From Vicugna vicugna (taxonomy: Eukaryota), in assembly GCA_013265495.1 (NCBI GenBank), contig MU058636.1:6607741-6671740 (forward strand): DNA of 64,000 bases, written 5' to 3'. Under the pieces are notes generated by a model. The model saw only the letters and a program-made list of their open reading frames with translations, had not been told where the DNA came from and did no database searches. The stretch's first letter is position 1; each line of letters starts with the position of its first letter. Of the stretch, positions 62,648 through 64,000 are shown one piece after another. The translations under genes and the position numbers were made by a program.

Positions 62648-64000
62648 ATATGGTATCAAATTGCATTATAGAAATTTGATAATTACTTTATGTCTTGAAT
62701 TTTAAAGTTTCCTTGTATTTGTTTTATGCCTATGTTAGGAATATCCAACTAAATTGTAAATTTTTAAGATCTGGTTTTTATTTCCCTATCTTTTCCTTCC
62801 CTTTAGTACATCATATAAGATATAAAAGATGTTTGCATGATGCAAATAGGCATGGTTTTGATGAAAAGAATTTCTTGTTATGTAGAAACAACACTATGTA
62901 CAATATAGAATTGGGGAGAAATTATTCAATTTTAGGCATTTTTCTTTTAGCTGAATAATTATTTTATATACATGGACTCTAATATTACTGCTATAAAACC
63001 TAAAATACAACTTGATAGTTAAACATTCTTGCATAGTTAGGTGAATTTTGAGATATTTAAATACAAAATTACATAAAAATTAAAAATTGATATGGTTTTT
63101 ATTATTTATTTTAATTTTATTTTTACCCCAGGTAATTTACTTGCCACACCATATTGAATTTGTAGCAATATTAGGGTTCAGTAAATCTTTGTGGAATGAA
63201 TGCTGATACCTGAAATGGTAGTGAGGGGAGTTGGACCTTTCAAAAAGTTATATATCTGTGTAATCATGATCAGATAGGATTTATACCGAAGTGAAAATTA
63301 ACTTCGTTTTGGAAATATTCTGTAGTAGACTTCTTTTGCAGTTACTCTTTCAAATTGTCATAGCAATAATGATTGAGACATGGAAGTGAGAACCAACTGT
63401 TGTCCTTATTTTATAAGAAAGGAAATATACTCTGGAGGTTAAGTGAATTGAAGATAGGGGCACATTGGAAAATCATACTTTTGAATATGATTTGTGTATT
63501 TACCAGATTTGGATTTAGGAAAGGTCACTCTTAAGTGCATGTGTGTGTTTGTGTGTGTATTTTCTGATTATAATAGTATGTATTCTCATTGCAGATCATT
63601 TTGAAAATACATGTGAAGAAGAAATTAAAAATTACCAGTCATCTCATTGCTCCATAGTAATCACTGTAAACACTTTGCTACTTTTTAAATGCCATTATTT
63701 ATGTTCTGTATTCAAAGTGGTGTGGAAGCAAGACCGCTGGACCACATATCATGAAACCTGGATGTTCTGCCTGTCTATTCCTTTAGTTGTTGACTCTCTC
63801 TCTCTTTTTTTTTTTAAATAACGAAGGATTTCTTCTCTTACCCTTCTTTCTGTCCCAATTTCTAATAAATTATTTTTATTAAATAAATATTAAATAAATA
63901 TTACTTTGATTTCCAGTGAAGTAAGTACCCAATGAAGATCAAAGAAATATAATGTTTAGGTTAACTCATACAGTTTTAATTCTGGGAAATATGATACATT

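Larger units (their letters stand above)
34962..64000 (+). other. NBEA: NBEA intron 1 (continues past the window)
   Basis: Begins with GTAAGG. I found no segment encoding the expected next NBEA residues in the remaining AT-rich, repeat-rich sequence. Confidence 0.8.

Noticed and set aside
1..64000. CRISPR arrays, operons, rRNA genes or other prokaryotic systems
   Set aside because: The window is mammalian DNA, with no regularly spaced repeat-spacer array and no long intact ORFs.

Overview
Mammalian genomic DNA, most likely a camelid, judged from two tRNA-derived SINEs with the camelid-type head and tail. The only intact coding feature is exon 1 of neurobeachin (NBEA; ATG 34662, splice donor after 34961) in a CpG-island promoter. 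Everything to the right is intron 1, rich in L1, L2, MIR, LTR and DNA-transposon fossils. The 33 kb upstream look intergenic, but manual translation of the minus strand shows a colinear series of decayed, splice-site-bounded segments from about 32630 down to 61. These repeatedly show RGS-domain signatures: F..FL...FW..E, KY..G..F.ID and YP.F..S..Y. I interpret them as a candidate unitary pseudogene of an RGS22/RGSL1-like multi-RGS gene lying head-to-head with NBEA. A second notable structure is a MaLR provirus (6911-9450) with two different LTR families at its ends but a shared near-perfect 5-bp target-site duplication. All repeat-family and protein-family calls are by-eye recognition without database searches and need confirmation.
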